A DNA stretch of 62,779 nucleotides, taken from an uncultured Syntrophobacterales bacterium (GTDB lineage Bacteria; Desulfobacterota; Desulfobaccia; Desulfobaccales; 0-14-0-80-60-11). This document shows positions 37,464 to 47,528 of this stretch, in pieces. A model generated the notes under the pieces. It made no database searches and was not told where the DNA came from. It saw nothing but the letters and a program-made list of their open reading frames with translations. The position numbers and the translations under genes were made by a program. The DNA is taken from NCBI GenBank assembly GCA_965602785.1, contig CBFDAH010000003.1, forward strand, positions 1-62,779, written 5' to 3'. Position 1 is the first letter of the stretch; each line of letters starts with the position of its first letter.

Positions 37464-38291
37464 ATGTACCCCATCACCGATCCCAACCAGCTCCAGGAAA
37501 TCGCCCGGCAAGTGCGCCTGGACATCGTGGAGATGCTCTATCGGGCCGGCTCCGGCCATGTGGGGGGGTCCCTGTCCGCCACCGATCTGGTGGTGGCCTT
37601 GTTTTTCGGCCACATGCACCTGGACCCCGGCAACGCCTGCTATCCGGACCGGGATTTTTTCGTCCTCTCCAAGGGCCATGCCGCCCCGGTGCTCTATGCG
37701 GTACTGTCACGCCTGGGGTTCTTTCCCCGGGAAGAGCTCTTCACTCTGCGGCAGTTCGGGAGTAGCCTCCAGGGTCACCCCGACTCCAAGTGCACCCCCG
37801 GGGTGGAGGTGCCCACCGGCTCCCTGGGGCAGGGCCTGTCAGTGGCCAACGGCGTTGCCCTGGCCATGCAGCTGAATAACAGCCGCCAAAGGGTCTACAC
37901 CCTCCTGGGGGATGGTGAGATCCAGGAGGGGCAGATATGGGAAGCAGCCATGACCGCGGCGCACTTTGGCCTGGGCAACCTGACTGCCATTCTGGACCGC
38001 AATCGCCTCCAGATCGACGGCCACACCAAGGAGGTCATGAGCATCGAGCCCCTGGCCGCCAAGTGGGAGGCCTTCGGCTGGCACACGGTTCCGGTGGACG
38101 GGCACGCCATCCCGGAAATTATGGCCACCCTGAAGGCCTGTGAGGCCGTCACGGACCAGCCCAGCATGATCATCGCCCATACCACCAAGGGCAAAGGGGT
38201 GTCCATTTTTGAAGACCAGGTCAAGTTCCACGGCGTGACTCCCACCACCGAGGAATACCAGCAGGCTTTGGAAGAACTGAAAATAGCGTGA
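37464..38291 (+). CDS. Transketolase, N-terminal (TPP-binding) subunit
   Basis: Motifs GHVGGSLS, LSKGHA, TGSLGQG and GDGEIQEG. Confidence 0.93.
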   Translation: MYPITDPNQLQEIARQVRLDIVEMLYRAGSGHVGGSLSATDLVVALFFGHMHLDPGNACYPDRDFFVLSKGHAAPVLYAVLSRLGFFPREELFTLRQFGSSLQGHPDSKCTPGVEVPTGSLGQGLSVANGVALAMQLNNSRQRVYTLLGDGEIQEGQIWEAAMTAAHFGLGNLTAILDRNRLQIDGHTKEVMSIEPLAAKWEAFGWHTVPVDGHAIPEIMATLKACEAVTDQPSMIIAHTTKGKGVSIFEDQVKFHGVTPTTEEYQQALEELKIA

Positions 38292-39277
38292 GGTTTGATG
38301 TCGTGGGCGCTCTTCCTGAAACCGTTAATTTTCCAGCCAAAGAAAGCACCAGGGTCGAATACGGCAAGGTCCTGGCGCAGTTGGGCGAGGAGCACCCGGA
38401 GATTGTGGTCCTGGACGCGGACCTCTCCGGCTCCACCCAGACGGCCCGCTTTGCCAAGGTCTTTCAAGATCGCTTTTTCAACGTCGGCATTGCGGAACAG
38501 GACATGATGGGCACCGCCGCCGGGCTGGCCCTGGGGGGGAAAATTCCCTTTGCCAGCACCTTCGCCATCTTCGCCACCGGCCGCGCCTGGGAACAGATCC
38601 GTCAAACTATCGCCTACGGCAACCTGAACGTGAAGATCGTCGCCAGCCACGGCGGAATCACTGTGGGAGAGGACGGGGGCTCGCACCAGGCCATTGAGGA
38701 TGTGGCCCTCATGCGTATCCTCCCCAACATGGCGGTCCTAATGCCGGCGGACGGGCCCGAAACCCGGGCCATGATGCGGTGGGCGGTGACTTACCAGGGC
38801 CCGGTATATATCCGCACCTCCCGCATCCCCTTTCCGGTGATTCACGACGACAGCTATACCTTTGAATTGGGGCAGGGCCACCTCCTTAGGGAGGGGGACG
38901 ATGTCACCCTGGCGGGCGTGGGCCTTATGGTGCACCATTGCCTCACTGCCGCTGAGCTCCTGGCCAAACAGGGGATTTCAGCCCGGGTCCTCAACCTCTC
39001 CTGCCTCAAGCCCCTGGACTGGGAACTGGTGGTGGACTCGGCCCGGCACACCGGCTGTCTGGTGACCGCTGAAGAGCACCTGAGCACCGGCGGCCTGGGG
39101 ACTGCGGTGAGTGAGGTGCTCTCGGAGCACTACCCGGTGCCCTTGCAGCGGGTGGGCCTTCGGGACACCTTTGGCTTGTCGGGCAAACCCGACGACCTTC
39201 TCAAGCATTTTGGCCTGACGCCCGAACATATCACAGAAGCAGCACAGTTGGTCATGACCCGGAGGAAAGGGCATTAA
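38288..39277 (+). CDS. Transketolase, C-terminal subunit
   Basis: Motifs DADL, NVGIAEQ, GEDGGSHQ and TAEEH; 4-nt overlap with the N-terminal subunit. Confidence 0.93.
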   Translation: MRFDVVGALPETVNFPAKESTRVEYGKVLAQLGEEHPEIVVLDADLSGSTQTARFAKVFQDRFFNVGIAEQDMMGTAAGLALGGKIPFASTFAIFATGRAWEQIRQTIAYGNLNVKIVASHGGITVGEDGGSHQAIEDVALMRILPNMAVLMPADGPETRAMMRWAVTYQGPVYIRTSRIPFPVIHDDSYTFELGQGHLLREGDDVTLAGVGLMVHHCLTAAELLAKQGISARVLNLSCLKPLDWELVVDSARHTGCLVTAEEHLSTGGLGTAVSEVLSEHYPVPLQRVGLRDTFGLSGKPDDLLKHFGLTPEHITEAAQLVMTRRKGH

Positions 39278-39330
39278 CGCCTCGGGGCCTAATATAGTCA
39301 AATTTTGTAAAAGCATGGAGCGCTAAGGAT

Positions 39331-40563
39331 TTGAGGCTATTTCGGTACAACACTTGGAGGCGACTCGGGCTGGGAATCATCCTAATCCTGAGTCTGGTGG
39401 TCTGCCCGGCAACGTTTCTCCAGGCAGCCTCGACTACTTCGAATTATGAGGCTTTGCGTCTGCTCACCGAGGCCTTCTACGAAATTACCCAAAAATTTGT
39501 CTCCCCTAAAAAAGAAGGGGATATGCTGCAGGGAGCCCTCCGAGGGATGATGAACTCCCTGGACCCAGACTCTTCCTTCCTCACCGCCAGAGAATTCGTT
39601 GAGTACCGGAAAGGCTCCCAGGGGCCCATGGCGGAGGCCGGGATGGAGCTGGTCTTCAAGGACCATTTGCTTACCGTGGTGTCGGTCCTGGACGGGGGGG
39701 CCGCCGACCGGACGGGACTCAAACCTGGGGACCACATTCTCAAGATTAACGGCAAGCTCATCCGCAACATTACTACTCAGGAGGGAGTGCGCCGCTTCCA
39801 GGGCTCGCCCGGCAAGACCATGAAAGTGCAGGTGCTGCGCAACGGTCTGATCAAACCCCTGGACCTGAGCCTCACCCTGGAGCCCCTGAGCCCCCCCCAG
39901 GTTACCTTCAAGATGCTGAAAGGCGGCTATGCCTACGTGCGCCTGCCTTACTTCAGCGACGAGCTTCCCAAAAAACTGGGCCAAACTTTGGGCCGCTTAG
40001 GCAGACGCACCCCCCCGGTGAAAGGCTTGATCCTGGACCTGCGCAACAACGCCCGGGGCAACCTGGAGCAGGCGGTGCATACCGCCTCCCTGTTTTTGGG
40101 GGATGGGGTAGTGGTGTCCACCCGGGGCCGCCAGATCGCCCCTGAGGAGTTCCACCGCGGTTCTAAGAGGGACAAAATAGTCACTAAACCCCTGCCCACG
40201 GTGATCCTGATGGATAAGGGCACGGCCCGAGGTGCTGAAATCCTGGCTGGGGCTTTGCGGCACCACTCCCAGGGCCTACTTTTGGGTGAAAAAACTTTCG
40301 GTCTCTGCGGTCTGACTAAGGTGATGCCTTTACAAGACGGCTCCGCACTGGTGATGACCGTGGCCTATTGCTACACTCCTGGTGGCCGGAAAATTACGGG
40401 CTCAGGCCTCAAACCGGATATAGAGGGGAAAAAGCCCCCTCCGGGCAAACAAATAACCTCCCCCACCCCAAAGCCGGAGAACGACCCCTGGGTGCGCCAG
40501 GCGGTGGAGGTTCTGAAGAGTGGCAAACCTTCTTCGCTGGCGAAAAAGGCCGCCTCATCGTGA
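39331..40563 (+). CDS. S41/CtpA-like PDZ protease homolog lacking the catalytic Ser and Lys
   Basis: SLDPDSSF, PDZ and LILDLRNN are present, but TARGAE replaces xASASE and FGLC replaces FGKG. Confidence 0.85.
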   Translation: MRLFRYNTWRRLGLGIILILSLVVCPATFLQAASTTSNYEALRLLTEAFYEITQKFVSPKKEGDMLQGALRGMMNSLDPDSSFLTAREFVEYRKGSQGPMAEAGMELVFKDHLLTVVSVLDGGAADRTGLKPGDHILKINGKLIRNITTQEGVRRFQGSPGKTMKVQVLRNGLIKPLDLSLTLEPLSPPQVTFKMLKGGYAYVRLPYFSDELPKKLGQTLGRLGRRTPPVKGLILDLRNNARGNLEQAVHTASLFLGDGVVVSTRGRQIAPEEFHRGSKRDKIVTKPLPTVILMDKGTARGAEILAGALRHHSQGLLLGEKTFGLCGLTKVMPLQDGSALVMTVAYCYTPGGRKITGSGLKPDIEGKKPPPGKQITSPTPKPENDPWVRQAVEVLKSGKPSSLAKKAASS

Positions 40564-40699
40564 GACGATCTGGTATGAAAATTACCTCCTGGCTCGGGAA
40601 AAGGGGCCAAACCGGCGTCAGGGCAAGATGGCCCCACCATTGAGAGGTTTCAACCATAACCGCAGGCTAGCGCCTGTTAAGCAGTGGGTATAGCGAAAA

Positions 40700-42097
40700 A
40701 TGTCCAGATATCTTCGCCTAACCAGTTGGGGAAAGTTGGGACCACGCCGGGGCCTCTGGTTTACGGTAGCGGTCGCACTCGTCGGCCTGTTTTTCTGGGG
40801 CCTGTCCGCCACACCATCGCTGATTACAGCCACCTCGGCTGACGAAATCCAGCGGTCCATACCGGCCGTGCCAGCCCCAGACACTTCTACTATTCCGGCC
40901 ACGGATGCCCAACTGAAGGTCTTTGCCCAGGCCATGGACCTCATTGAACAGAATTACGTCCAGAAAAAGACCAGCAAAGACCTGGTTTACGGGGCCATCC
41001 AGGGGGCTGTGAGCACCTTGGACCCCCATTCCTCCTTCATGACCCCGGACGAGTTCAAGGAACTCCAAATTGAAACCAAGGGACGATTCAGCGGCGTCGG
41101 TATAGAAATTACCTTAAAGGATAGAACCTTGACGGTGGTTTCGCCCATCGAAGGCACCCCGGCGTACCGGGCCGGAATCAAGGCCGGGGACCAGATCGTC
41201 AAGATCAACGGCACTCCCACAAAAAATATCAAACTCACCGAAGCGGTGCGGAAGATTCGGGGCCCCAAGGGCTCCCGGGTCACCCTCACCATCAACCGCC
41301 AGGGTTTCACCCAACCCAAGGACTTCAGCATCGTCCGGACCATCATCCCCATCCGCAGCGTCAAAGCCCGGCTCATTAAGGGGGGGTATGGTTACATTCG
41401 GGTGGCCAATTTCCAGGACCAGACAAACCGGGACTTGAACGCTTTTCTCACGAAAATGCGCCGGCGCAAGGTGCCCATTAAGGGTCTCATTTTGGATCTG
41501 CGAAACGATCCAGGGGGGCTCTTGGAGCAGGCCGTAAAGGTGGCGGATGAATTTTTGAGCCACGGCCTCATCGTCAAAACCCAGGGGCGGAAAATCCGCC
41601 AGCGTATGCACTTCCACGCCCGGCCCGGCCAGCCCGGCGACGGAGAGGCATTCCCCATGATCGTCATTATCAACGAGGGAAGCGCCTCCGCCTCGGAGAT
41701 CGTGGCCGGGGCCTTGAAGGACCAGAAGCGGGCGGTTATCGTGGGGTCCAAAAGCTTTGGTAAGGGCTCGGTGCAGACCATCATCCCCTTGGAGGACGGC
41801 TCCGCGCTGCGCCTAACCACGGCCCTGTATTACACCCCCAGCGGCCAGACCATCAATGAGAAAGGCATCACCCCGGATATTTTGATCACAGAACCTGTGC
41901 CCCCGCCGGGCAAGAGCCTGGAGAAACTCCGGGATGAGGCCCTGGCGCGGCATATGCGGGGGGAAGGCATCACCGATAAGCCCTGGAACCAGCCCCTCAC
42001 CGATGCCGACCTGAAGCAGGACCCCATACTGCAAAAGGCGGTGGAGCTCTTACGCCATTGGCCTCCTAAGGAGCTGGCCAAGAAGCCCTCCTCCTAA
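40700..42097 (+). CDS. ctpA: Carboxyl-terminal processing protease (S41A)
   Basis: Motifs LDPHS, GVGI (PDZ), DLRNDPGG, SASASEIV and FGKGSVQ. Confidence 0.92.
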   Translation: MSRYLRLTSWGKLGPRRGLWFTVAVALVGLFFWGLSATPSLITATSADEIQRSIPAVPAPDTSTIPATDAQLKVFAQAMDLIEQNYVQKKTSKDLVYGAIQGAVSTLDPHSSFMTPDEFKELQIETKGRFSGVGIEITLKDRTLTVVSPIEGTPAYRAGIKAGDQIVKINGTPTKNIKLTEAVRKIRGPKGSRVTLTINRQGFTQPKDFSIVRTIIPIRSVKARLIKGGYGYIRVANFQDQTNRDLNAFLTKMRRRKVPIKGLILDLRNDPGGLLEQAVKVADEFLSHGLIVKTQGRKIRQRMHFHARPGQPGDGEAFPMIVIINEGSASASEIVAGALKDQKRAVIVGSKSFGKGSVQTIIPLEDGSALRLTTALYYTPSGQTINEKGITPDILITEPVPPPGKSLEKLRDEALARHMRGEGITDKPWNQPLTDADLKQDPILQKAVELLRHWPPKELAKKPSS

Positions 42098-42103
42098 GTC
42101 CCT

Positions 42104-43459
42104 ATGCCCACTCTCGCCGCGGCCGCGCAATCCCTGGTAGCCATCATAGGCCGGGCCAACGTGGGCAAGTCCACCCTGTTCAACACCCTCACTCGTTCCT
42201 CCCAGGCCCTGGTGGGGGACATGCCCGGGGTCACCCGGGACCGTCACTTCGGCCGGGTTATCCGGGGGGACTACGTTTTTTTCCTGGCAGATACCGGAGG
42301 CATCGTCGGGGGTGAAGACGAGTTGGGCAGCCTGATCCAACGTCAGGCCGAGGTTGCGGTAGCCGACGCTGACGTCATCCTCCTGGTCATGGACGGTAAA
42401 GTGGGCCCCCAAACTGGAGACGCCGAGGTGGTGGACTATCTCCGGGCCACGGGCAAGCCTCTCTTTCTGGTGGTCAATAAAATTGACCATCCCGGCCGGG
42501 AGGAACTCTTAAGCGACTTTTACCGCTTCGGGCTTACCCCCCTCTATCCCGTCTCCGCCGCCCACAAGCTGGGTCTCAACCCTCTCCTGGACGACCTGGT
42601 GAAAATTCTGCCCCCCCCGGAGGAAATTCCCGCCAAGGCCCCGGGCATTCAGGTGGCGGTGGTGGGGCGGCCCAACGTGGGGAAGTCCTCCTTTATCAAC
42701 CGGGTTCTGGGGGAAGAGCGTTTTATTGTCAGCGGCCGTCCCGGCACCACCCGGGATGCCATTGACACGCCACTGGTCTATGAGGGGCGGGACTACGTGC
42801 TCATTGACACCGCAGGGCTTAGGCGCCCCAGCCACGTAACCCCGGGCCTGGAAAAGTACATGGTCCTGAAGGTCTTTAAAGCTCTGGAGCGCTGCGACGT
42901 GGCCCTCCTGCTCCTGGACGCCCAGGAGGGCGTCACCGGCCAGGACCTGCGCATCGCCAACCTCACCGCCGAGGAAGGTAAAGGGTGCGTGGTGGGGGTG
43001 AACAAGTGGGACCTGGTGCCCCGGGAAGTCCGCCCGGAGGCTCTCAAGGCCGCGCAACGGGGGGTGCATTTTATGCCCTACGCTCCGGTGGTGCCCCTCT
43101 CAGTTCTGACGGGCTACAATGTAACCCGGGTCTTTCGCCTCATCGACGAGATTTATGAGCAGAGCGGCCGCCGGGCGGGGACCGGGAAGCTCAACCAGCT
43201 TTTCCAGGAAATCACCCGGCGGGTGCGGCCCCCCCTCTACCGCTACCGCCCGGTAAAGTTCTTCTACCTCACCCAGCCGGAGACCCACCCCCCCACCTTT
43301 GTGGCCTTCGTGAACCGCCCGGAAGGGGTGCCGGACTCCTACCGGCGCTACCTGGTAAAGGAGTTGCGTCGGGGGTTGGACATCCCCAAGGCGCCGGTGC
43401 GGCTCTTCTTGAAAAAGCGGGTCCGCCGCCGTTCCCCGCCCTCCCGCTCCCGGGGGTGA
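42104..43459 (+). CDS. der: Ribosome biogenesis GTPase Der (EngA)
   Basis: Two G domains (GRANVGKS/DTGG/NKID and GRPNVGKS/DTAG/NKWD) plus a KH-like tail. Confidence 0.96.
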   Translation: MPTLAAAAQSLVAIIGRANVGKSTLFNTLTRSSQALVGDMPGVTRDRHFGRVIRGDYVFFLADTGGIVGGEDELGSLIQRQAEVAVADADVILLVMDGKVGPQTGDAEVVDYLRATGKPLFLVVNKIDHPGREELLSDFYRFGLTPLYPVSAAHKLGLNPLLDDLVKILPPPEEIPAKAPGIQVAVVGRPNVGKSSFINRVLGEERFIVSGRPGTTRDAIDTPLVYEGRDYVLIDTAGLRRPSHVTPGLEKYMVLKVFKALERCDVALLLLDAQEGVTGQDLRIANLTAEEGKGCVVGVNKWDLVPREVRPEALKAAQRGVHFMPYAPVVPLSVLTGYNVTRVFRLIDEIYEQSGRRAGTGKLNQLFQEITRRVRPPLYRYRPVKFFYLTQPETHPPTFVAFVNRPEGVPDSYRRYLVKELRRGLDIPKAPVRLFLKKRVRRRSPPSRSRG

Positions 43460-43747
43460 ACCCCCGTCATGAGACCATTAATCAAACGCCGCTTATAGAT
43501 TTCCAGGCCTCAAAACTGGGTACCCAACCTCTCGGCCACGACGCCGATACTCATGCCTTAGCACCCATCCTGGCCATCTTGAGGATGCTACCCAGAGCCT
43601 TCGGCCGCGGCAACTAAATGTGGATACGGGGGTGCGAAAAAAAATGTTGGGGAACGTATTTCGTTGAAAAAAGAGGAAAGTTGTCCCTCCGGCGAAGACG
43701 CCGTGGCAGGCATTGGGAAGAGGCTATGAGAGTGGGACCCTGATTAG

Positions 43748-43999
43748 TCAGGCCTTGATCAGGCGCAGACGCGGGCTAGTGCCCGAGGCCAGGCACTGGC
43801 GTTGGAGCTTACCCTGCTTCATGGTGTTCTTGACGCGGATGCCGTTGAGCACAAAATAGGCGATAACGGCTCGCTCCCATGATCGGGTGGGTTCGTCTTG
43901 GGACATGCGGTCTTTGTAGTGGTCAAGAAGGGCGGTTACGTCTGAGTCATCCAAAGATAATACGTTATCGGCAATCTTTTCAAGGGCTTCTGGAATCAT
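43748..43999 (-). CDS. Small hypothetical protein
   Basis: 83-aa helical ORF with EPTRSWE, NGIRVKN and a C-terminal LRLIK. Confidence 0.65.
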   Translation of the reverse strand: MIPEALEKIADNVLSLDDSDVTALLDHYKDRMSQDEPTRSWERAVIAYFVLNGIRVKNTMKQGKLQRQCLASGTSPRLRLIKA

Positions 44000-44082
44000 G
44001 GGGGGTGATTTTGCCTTTCTGTGTTGGGGGAGTATCTAACCTTAATATACTCTATTAAGGCGGGATGGATGTCAAGAAAAAG

Positions 44083-44847
44083 TTACCCCCCTTTTGATAA
44101 AAAATCAAGAATTTCGGCCAGGCGCTCCGCCTCGGCTTGAAGGATGGTTTCGCCCTGGGCGGCGGTGGCGGCAGCCGGGTCGCCCCAGACACCTCCCGGC
44201 CAGTAGCGGCGCTTGTCCCGGACCAAAACATACTTGGGAAAGGTGGGCCACTCCGCCGGGGCCGAACCCTTTACCAGGTGAGGATAGGCCGCCAGCATCA
44301 GGGCGGTCTCAATCTCCCCGGCATGGGAGTCCCCTTTGGTTTTGATCAGCTCAGGCCGGGCCGTCAGCACCTCCCGGAGGAGGTCCAGAATATTGACCAC
44401 CGCCACTTTTATCTCAGAGAGTTCGGCCAACAGGGTCTCCCCGGCCTCCACCAGGGCGGCCATGTGGGTGCCCCCGGCGTGGCCGCTCATAATCACCAAG
44501 TTTCGGAGGCCGTGGCGGTAAAATTCCCGCCCCAGCTCCGTCACCAGGGCCCTAAGGGTGTCTCCCGAGATGGACACCGTACCGGGATGCTCCCGGGTGG
44601 AACGACACAGGCCATAGAACACGGGCGGGGCCACCAGAACGGGGCGCAGCTTGGCGGCCCGCCGGGCTACTTCGATGGCATGGAAGGTGTCAGTGCCCAG
44701 GGGCAGATGGGGGCCGTGCTCCTCCAGGGACCCCACCGGCAGGATGATGGTGTGGTGTTCTTGACACCACGCTTCAAATTCCGGCATGCGCAGATCTTCC
44801 CACTGGGCCATAAATAACCTCAATCCCACCTCAAGGATAAAGTCCAT
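44083..44847 (-). CDS. Creatininase family protein
   Basis: Motifs GSLEEHGPHLPLGTD, HPGT, SGHAGG, HAGEIET and GVWGDP. Start may be the later MAQW. Confidence 0.9.
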   Translation of the reverse strand: MDFILEVGLRLFMAQWEDLRMPEFEAWCQEHHTIILPVGSLEEHGPHLPLGTDTFHAIEVARRAAKLRPVLVAPPVFYGLCRSTREHPGTVSISGDTLRALVTELGREFYRHGLRNLVIMSGHAGGTHMAALVEAGETLLAELSEIKVAVVNILDLLREVLTARPELIKTKGDSHAGEIETALMLAAYPHLVKGSAPAEWPTFPKYVLVRDKRRYWPGGVWGDPAAATAAQGETILQAEAERLAEILDFLSKGG

Positions 44848-44886
44848 CCCTCCCTGGTAAGATTCGGCAACCCCAAGTATTCCCCA

Positions 44887-44905
44887 GGGCGGGGAGACCC
44901 CGCCC
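44887..44905. repeat. REP-like hairpin
   Basis: GGGCGGGG-AGA-CCCCGCCC; same stem as the REP at 10221-10246. Confidence 0.45.
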
Positions 44906-45037
44906 CCCTTTAAAATACTCCGCCACTATTATCAATGGTTCATAGAAAAAAATTCTTGCTTACCTGTCCTTCCCCTCCTCCATACCCCAACCCCTTCCAC
45001 CCGGCAAGGAGAATTTTCTCGGGCTGGGAAAAAATGC

Positions 45038-45067
45038 TTGACTCCCCTTTTATCGGTAGGGTATAAA
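45038..45067 (+). promoter_or_regulatory. Possible sigma70 promoter of the nuo operon
   Basis: TTGACT-N18-TATAAA, about 40 nt upstream of the nuoA start. Confidence 0.4.
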
Positions 45068-45106
45068 TCCCTGAGGTTTTGTACCAAAAAGCACAAGGAG
45101 CCCACC

Positions 45107-45499
45107 TTGGAAATCCCTGAGGCCTTGACCGATTTTACCTACGTCCTGGTGTTTCTGGTGGTCGCGGTCTTCTTTGCGCTGGGGCCGCTTATCATCGCCT
45201 ACTTCATCGCGCCCCGCAGTTTCGGCGCCGCCCGGGACGAAATATACGAATGCGGTATGCCCATTATCGGGGGCGCCTGGATCCAGGTGGCCGTCATCTA
45301 CTACCTCTTCGCCCTCTTATTTCTGGCCTTTGATGTGGACGTGCTCTTTCTCTTCCCGGTTCTGTTGGCCTATGGCAAAGGGTATGTGTGGCGGGACTTC
45401 ATTGAAATCACCATGTTTATCGGCATTCTTTCATTAGTGATCGTGTACGCCTGGTGCAGGGGGGTTTTCACTTGGAAACGAAAACCGGAGCGCCTCTAA
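45107..45499 (+). CDS. nuoA: NADH-quinone oxidoreductase subunit A
   Basis: Motifs YECG and FLAFDVD; TTG start after AAGGAG. Confidence 0.92.
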   Translation: MEIPEALTDFTYVLVFLVVAVFFALGPLIIAYFIAPRSFGAARDEIYECGMPIIGGAWIQVAVIYYLFALLFLAFDVDVLFLFPVLLAYGKGYVWRDFIEITMFIGILSLVIVYAWCRGVFTWKRKPERL

Positions 45500-45972
45500 T
45501 TCACATCGGCCTCCTGGAGGAGGCCCTGAACCTGGCCCGGGCCAACTCGCTGTGGCCCCTGACTTTCGGTCTGGCCTGCTGCGCCATTGAGATGATGGCC
45601 GCCGGGGCCGCCAGGTTCGACTTGGACCGTTTTGGCGCCGGGGTCTTCCGGCCCTCACCCCGGCAGTGCGATCTTTTGATCGTGGCCGGCACCATCTCCA
45701 AGAAAATGGGCCCTGCGGTGGTCCGCCTGTGGGAACAGATGCCGGCCCCCAAATGGGTTATCGCCATGGGCAACTGCGCCATTTCCGGCGGGCCCTTTTA
45801 CTATCCCGACCAATACGCCATCATCCCCGGGGCCGACCTCATCATCCCGGTGGACGTCTACGTGCCGGGCTGTCCTCCCCGCCCCGAGGGGCTCATCGAG
45901 GGCATCCTCGTCCTGGAAGAGAAGATCACCAAGCGGGGACGCTTGAGGAAGTTCAGAGATGTTACAGGATAA
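45472..45972 (+). CDS. nuoB: NADH-quinone oxidoreductase subunit B
   Basis: Motifs [15 protein letters not shown] and VPGCPPRPE. Start approximate. Confidence 0.93.
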   Translation: METKTGAPLIHIGLLEEALNLARANSLWPLTFGLACCAIEMMAAGAARFDLDRFGAGVFRPSPRQCDLLIVAGTISKKMGPAVVRLWEQMPAPKWVIAMGNCAISGGPFYYPDQYAIIPGADLIIPVDVYVPGCPPRPEGLIEGILVLEEKITKRGRLRKFRDVTG

Positions 45973-46405
45973 TATTCAGAAAGCCCTGGCGCCGTTGAAT
46001 CTGGAACAGGTGGCCCCCGGCGACTACGCCAAGACAGGCTGCCATTTGGAAGTGACCGCGGCTCCGGAGCAGATGCCGGAGGTGGCCCAGGCCATGTTGT
46101 CCCTGGGTTGCTACCTGGAGTCCCTTACCGGGCTGCACTACCCCGAGCACTTCACCCTGGTGTATCACTTCGCCAACTTCCAGGAGTTGTGCCGCACCGC
46201 AGTGCAGGTCAAGGTCCCTCTGGACCAGGAGGCCCCCACCATCAGCCATATATACCCCGGGGCCAACTGGTACGAGCGGGAGGCCTATGACCTTTTCGGC
46301 ATCCGCTTTGCCGGGCATCCCGATCTGCGACGGATTCTGTTGCCCTTCGAGGCCGATTTCCACCCCTTACTGAAAAAATTTGAAGCGAGCCAGGCCGATG
46401 CTTGA
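45959..46405 (+). CDS. nuoC: NADH-quinone oxidoreductase subunit C
   Basis: Motifs [24 protein letters not shown] and HPLLK. Confidence 0.92.
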   Translation: MLQDNIQKALAPLNLEQVAPGDYAKTGCHLEVTAAPEQMPEVAQAMLSLGCYLESLTGLHYPEHFTLVYHFANFQELCRTAVQVKVPLDQEAPTISHIYPGANWYEREAYDLFGIRFAGHPDLRRILLPFEADFHPLLKKFEASQADA

Positions 46406-47510
46406 GCGTGGATTGGAAGAAAAAACCTACGTCCTCAACCTGGGCCCCCAGCACCCCAGTACTCACGGGGTGCTCCGGGTGGAGCTCGAAATGGAGGGCG
46501 AGTTCATCACCAAGGCGGACCCGGATATCGGCTACGGCCACCGGGGCCACGAGCACATGGCGGAGAACCGCACCTACCCGCAGTACCTGCCCAACATGGC
46601 CCGGGTGGACTACCTCCACGCCCTGGCCTACAATCAGGGCTACTGCATGGCGGTGGAAAAGCTCATCGGGCTCACGGTGCCGGAGCGGGGCGAGTTCATC
46701 CGGGTCATCACCTCGGAGTTGAACCGTATCACCAGCCACCTCCTGTGGGTGGGCGCCTATCTCCTGGACCTGGGCGCCTTCACCCCCTTCCTCTACTGCT
46801 TCGACGACCGGGAGAACGCTCTGGATCTCCTGGACTACCTCACCGGCTCCCGCCTCACCTACTGCTTTTATCGCTTCGGCGGGGTGCCGTTGGATATCGA
46901 TGACGATTTCGCCGATGGCTGCCGCAAGTTCATCAAACGCCTGCGCAGCCGCTGGGCGGATTACGACAACCTGGTGACCAAAAACGTCATCTTCATCAAC
47001 CGGACCCGGAATGTGGGCTTTATCACCCAGGACCAATGCGTCAAATACGGCCTCACCGGCCCCATGGTGCGGGGCAGCGGTATCCCTTACGACATCCGGC
47101 GGAGCGAGCCTTACTCCGTTTATCCCCTCTTCGACTTCGAGATTCCCATCGGTGAGGGGGGGGACATCATGGATCGCTACCTGGTAAGGATGAAGGAGAT
47201 GGAGCAGAGCATGCGCATCATTGAACAGGCCCTGGACAAGATCCCCAACGGACCCATCATGGCGGAGAAGGTCCCCAAGCGCATCAAACCCGCCGCCGGC
47301 GAGGTCTACACCGCGGTGGAGGCGGCCCGGGGCGAGTTCGGTTGCTACATCGTTAGCGCCGGCGACCCCAAGCCCTACCGCATCAAGCTTAGGGTGCCTT
47401 CCTTCGGGAATCTCAGCATTCTCCCGGAAATTTCGGTGGACACCCTGGTGGCGGATTTTGTGGCCATCCTGGGCTCCATCGACGTGGTAGTGCCGGAAGT
47501 CGATCGGTAA
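46398..47510 (+). CDS. nuoD: NADH-quinone oxidoreductase subunit D
   Basis: Motifs GPQHPSTHGVLR, RVDY, ELNRITSHL and EVDR; no NiFe-binding CxxC motifs. Confidence 0.94.
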   Translation: MLERGLEEKTYVLNLGPQHPSTHGVLRVELEMEGEFITKADPDIGYGHRGHEHMAENRTYPQYLPNMARVDYLHALAYNQGYCMAVEKLIGLTVPERGEFIRVITSELNRITSHLLWVGAYLLDLGAFTPFLYCFDDRENALDLLDYLTGSRLTYCFYRFGGVPLDIDDDFADGCRKFIKRLRSRWADYDNLVTKNVIFINRTRNVGFITQDQCVKYGLTGPMVRGSGIPYDIRRSEPYSVYPLFDFEIPIGEGGDIMDRYLVRMKEMEQSMRIIEQALDKIPNGPIMAEKVPKRIKPAAGEVYTAVEAARGEFGCYIVSAGDPKPYRIKLRVPSFGNLSILPEISVDTLVADFVAILGSIDVVVPEVDR

Positions 47511-47528
47511 CAGGAACGAGCGCGAATT

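Noticed and set aside
37464-39277. Transketolase in two ORFs, as a possible frameshift
   Set aside because: Both halves match the established two-subunit transketolase type and are coupled by a GTGA overlap.
43460-43747. 288-nt spacer between der and a small convergent gene, as a possible ncRNA
   Set aside because: No promoter/terminator pair or recognisable RNA motif was found.
46398-47510. Possible group 4 NiFe hydrogenase large subunit
   Set aside because: It lacks the N- and C-terminal CxxC ligands and has the NuoD quinone-site His/Tyr motifs.
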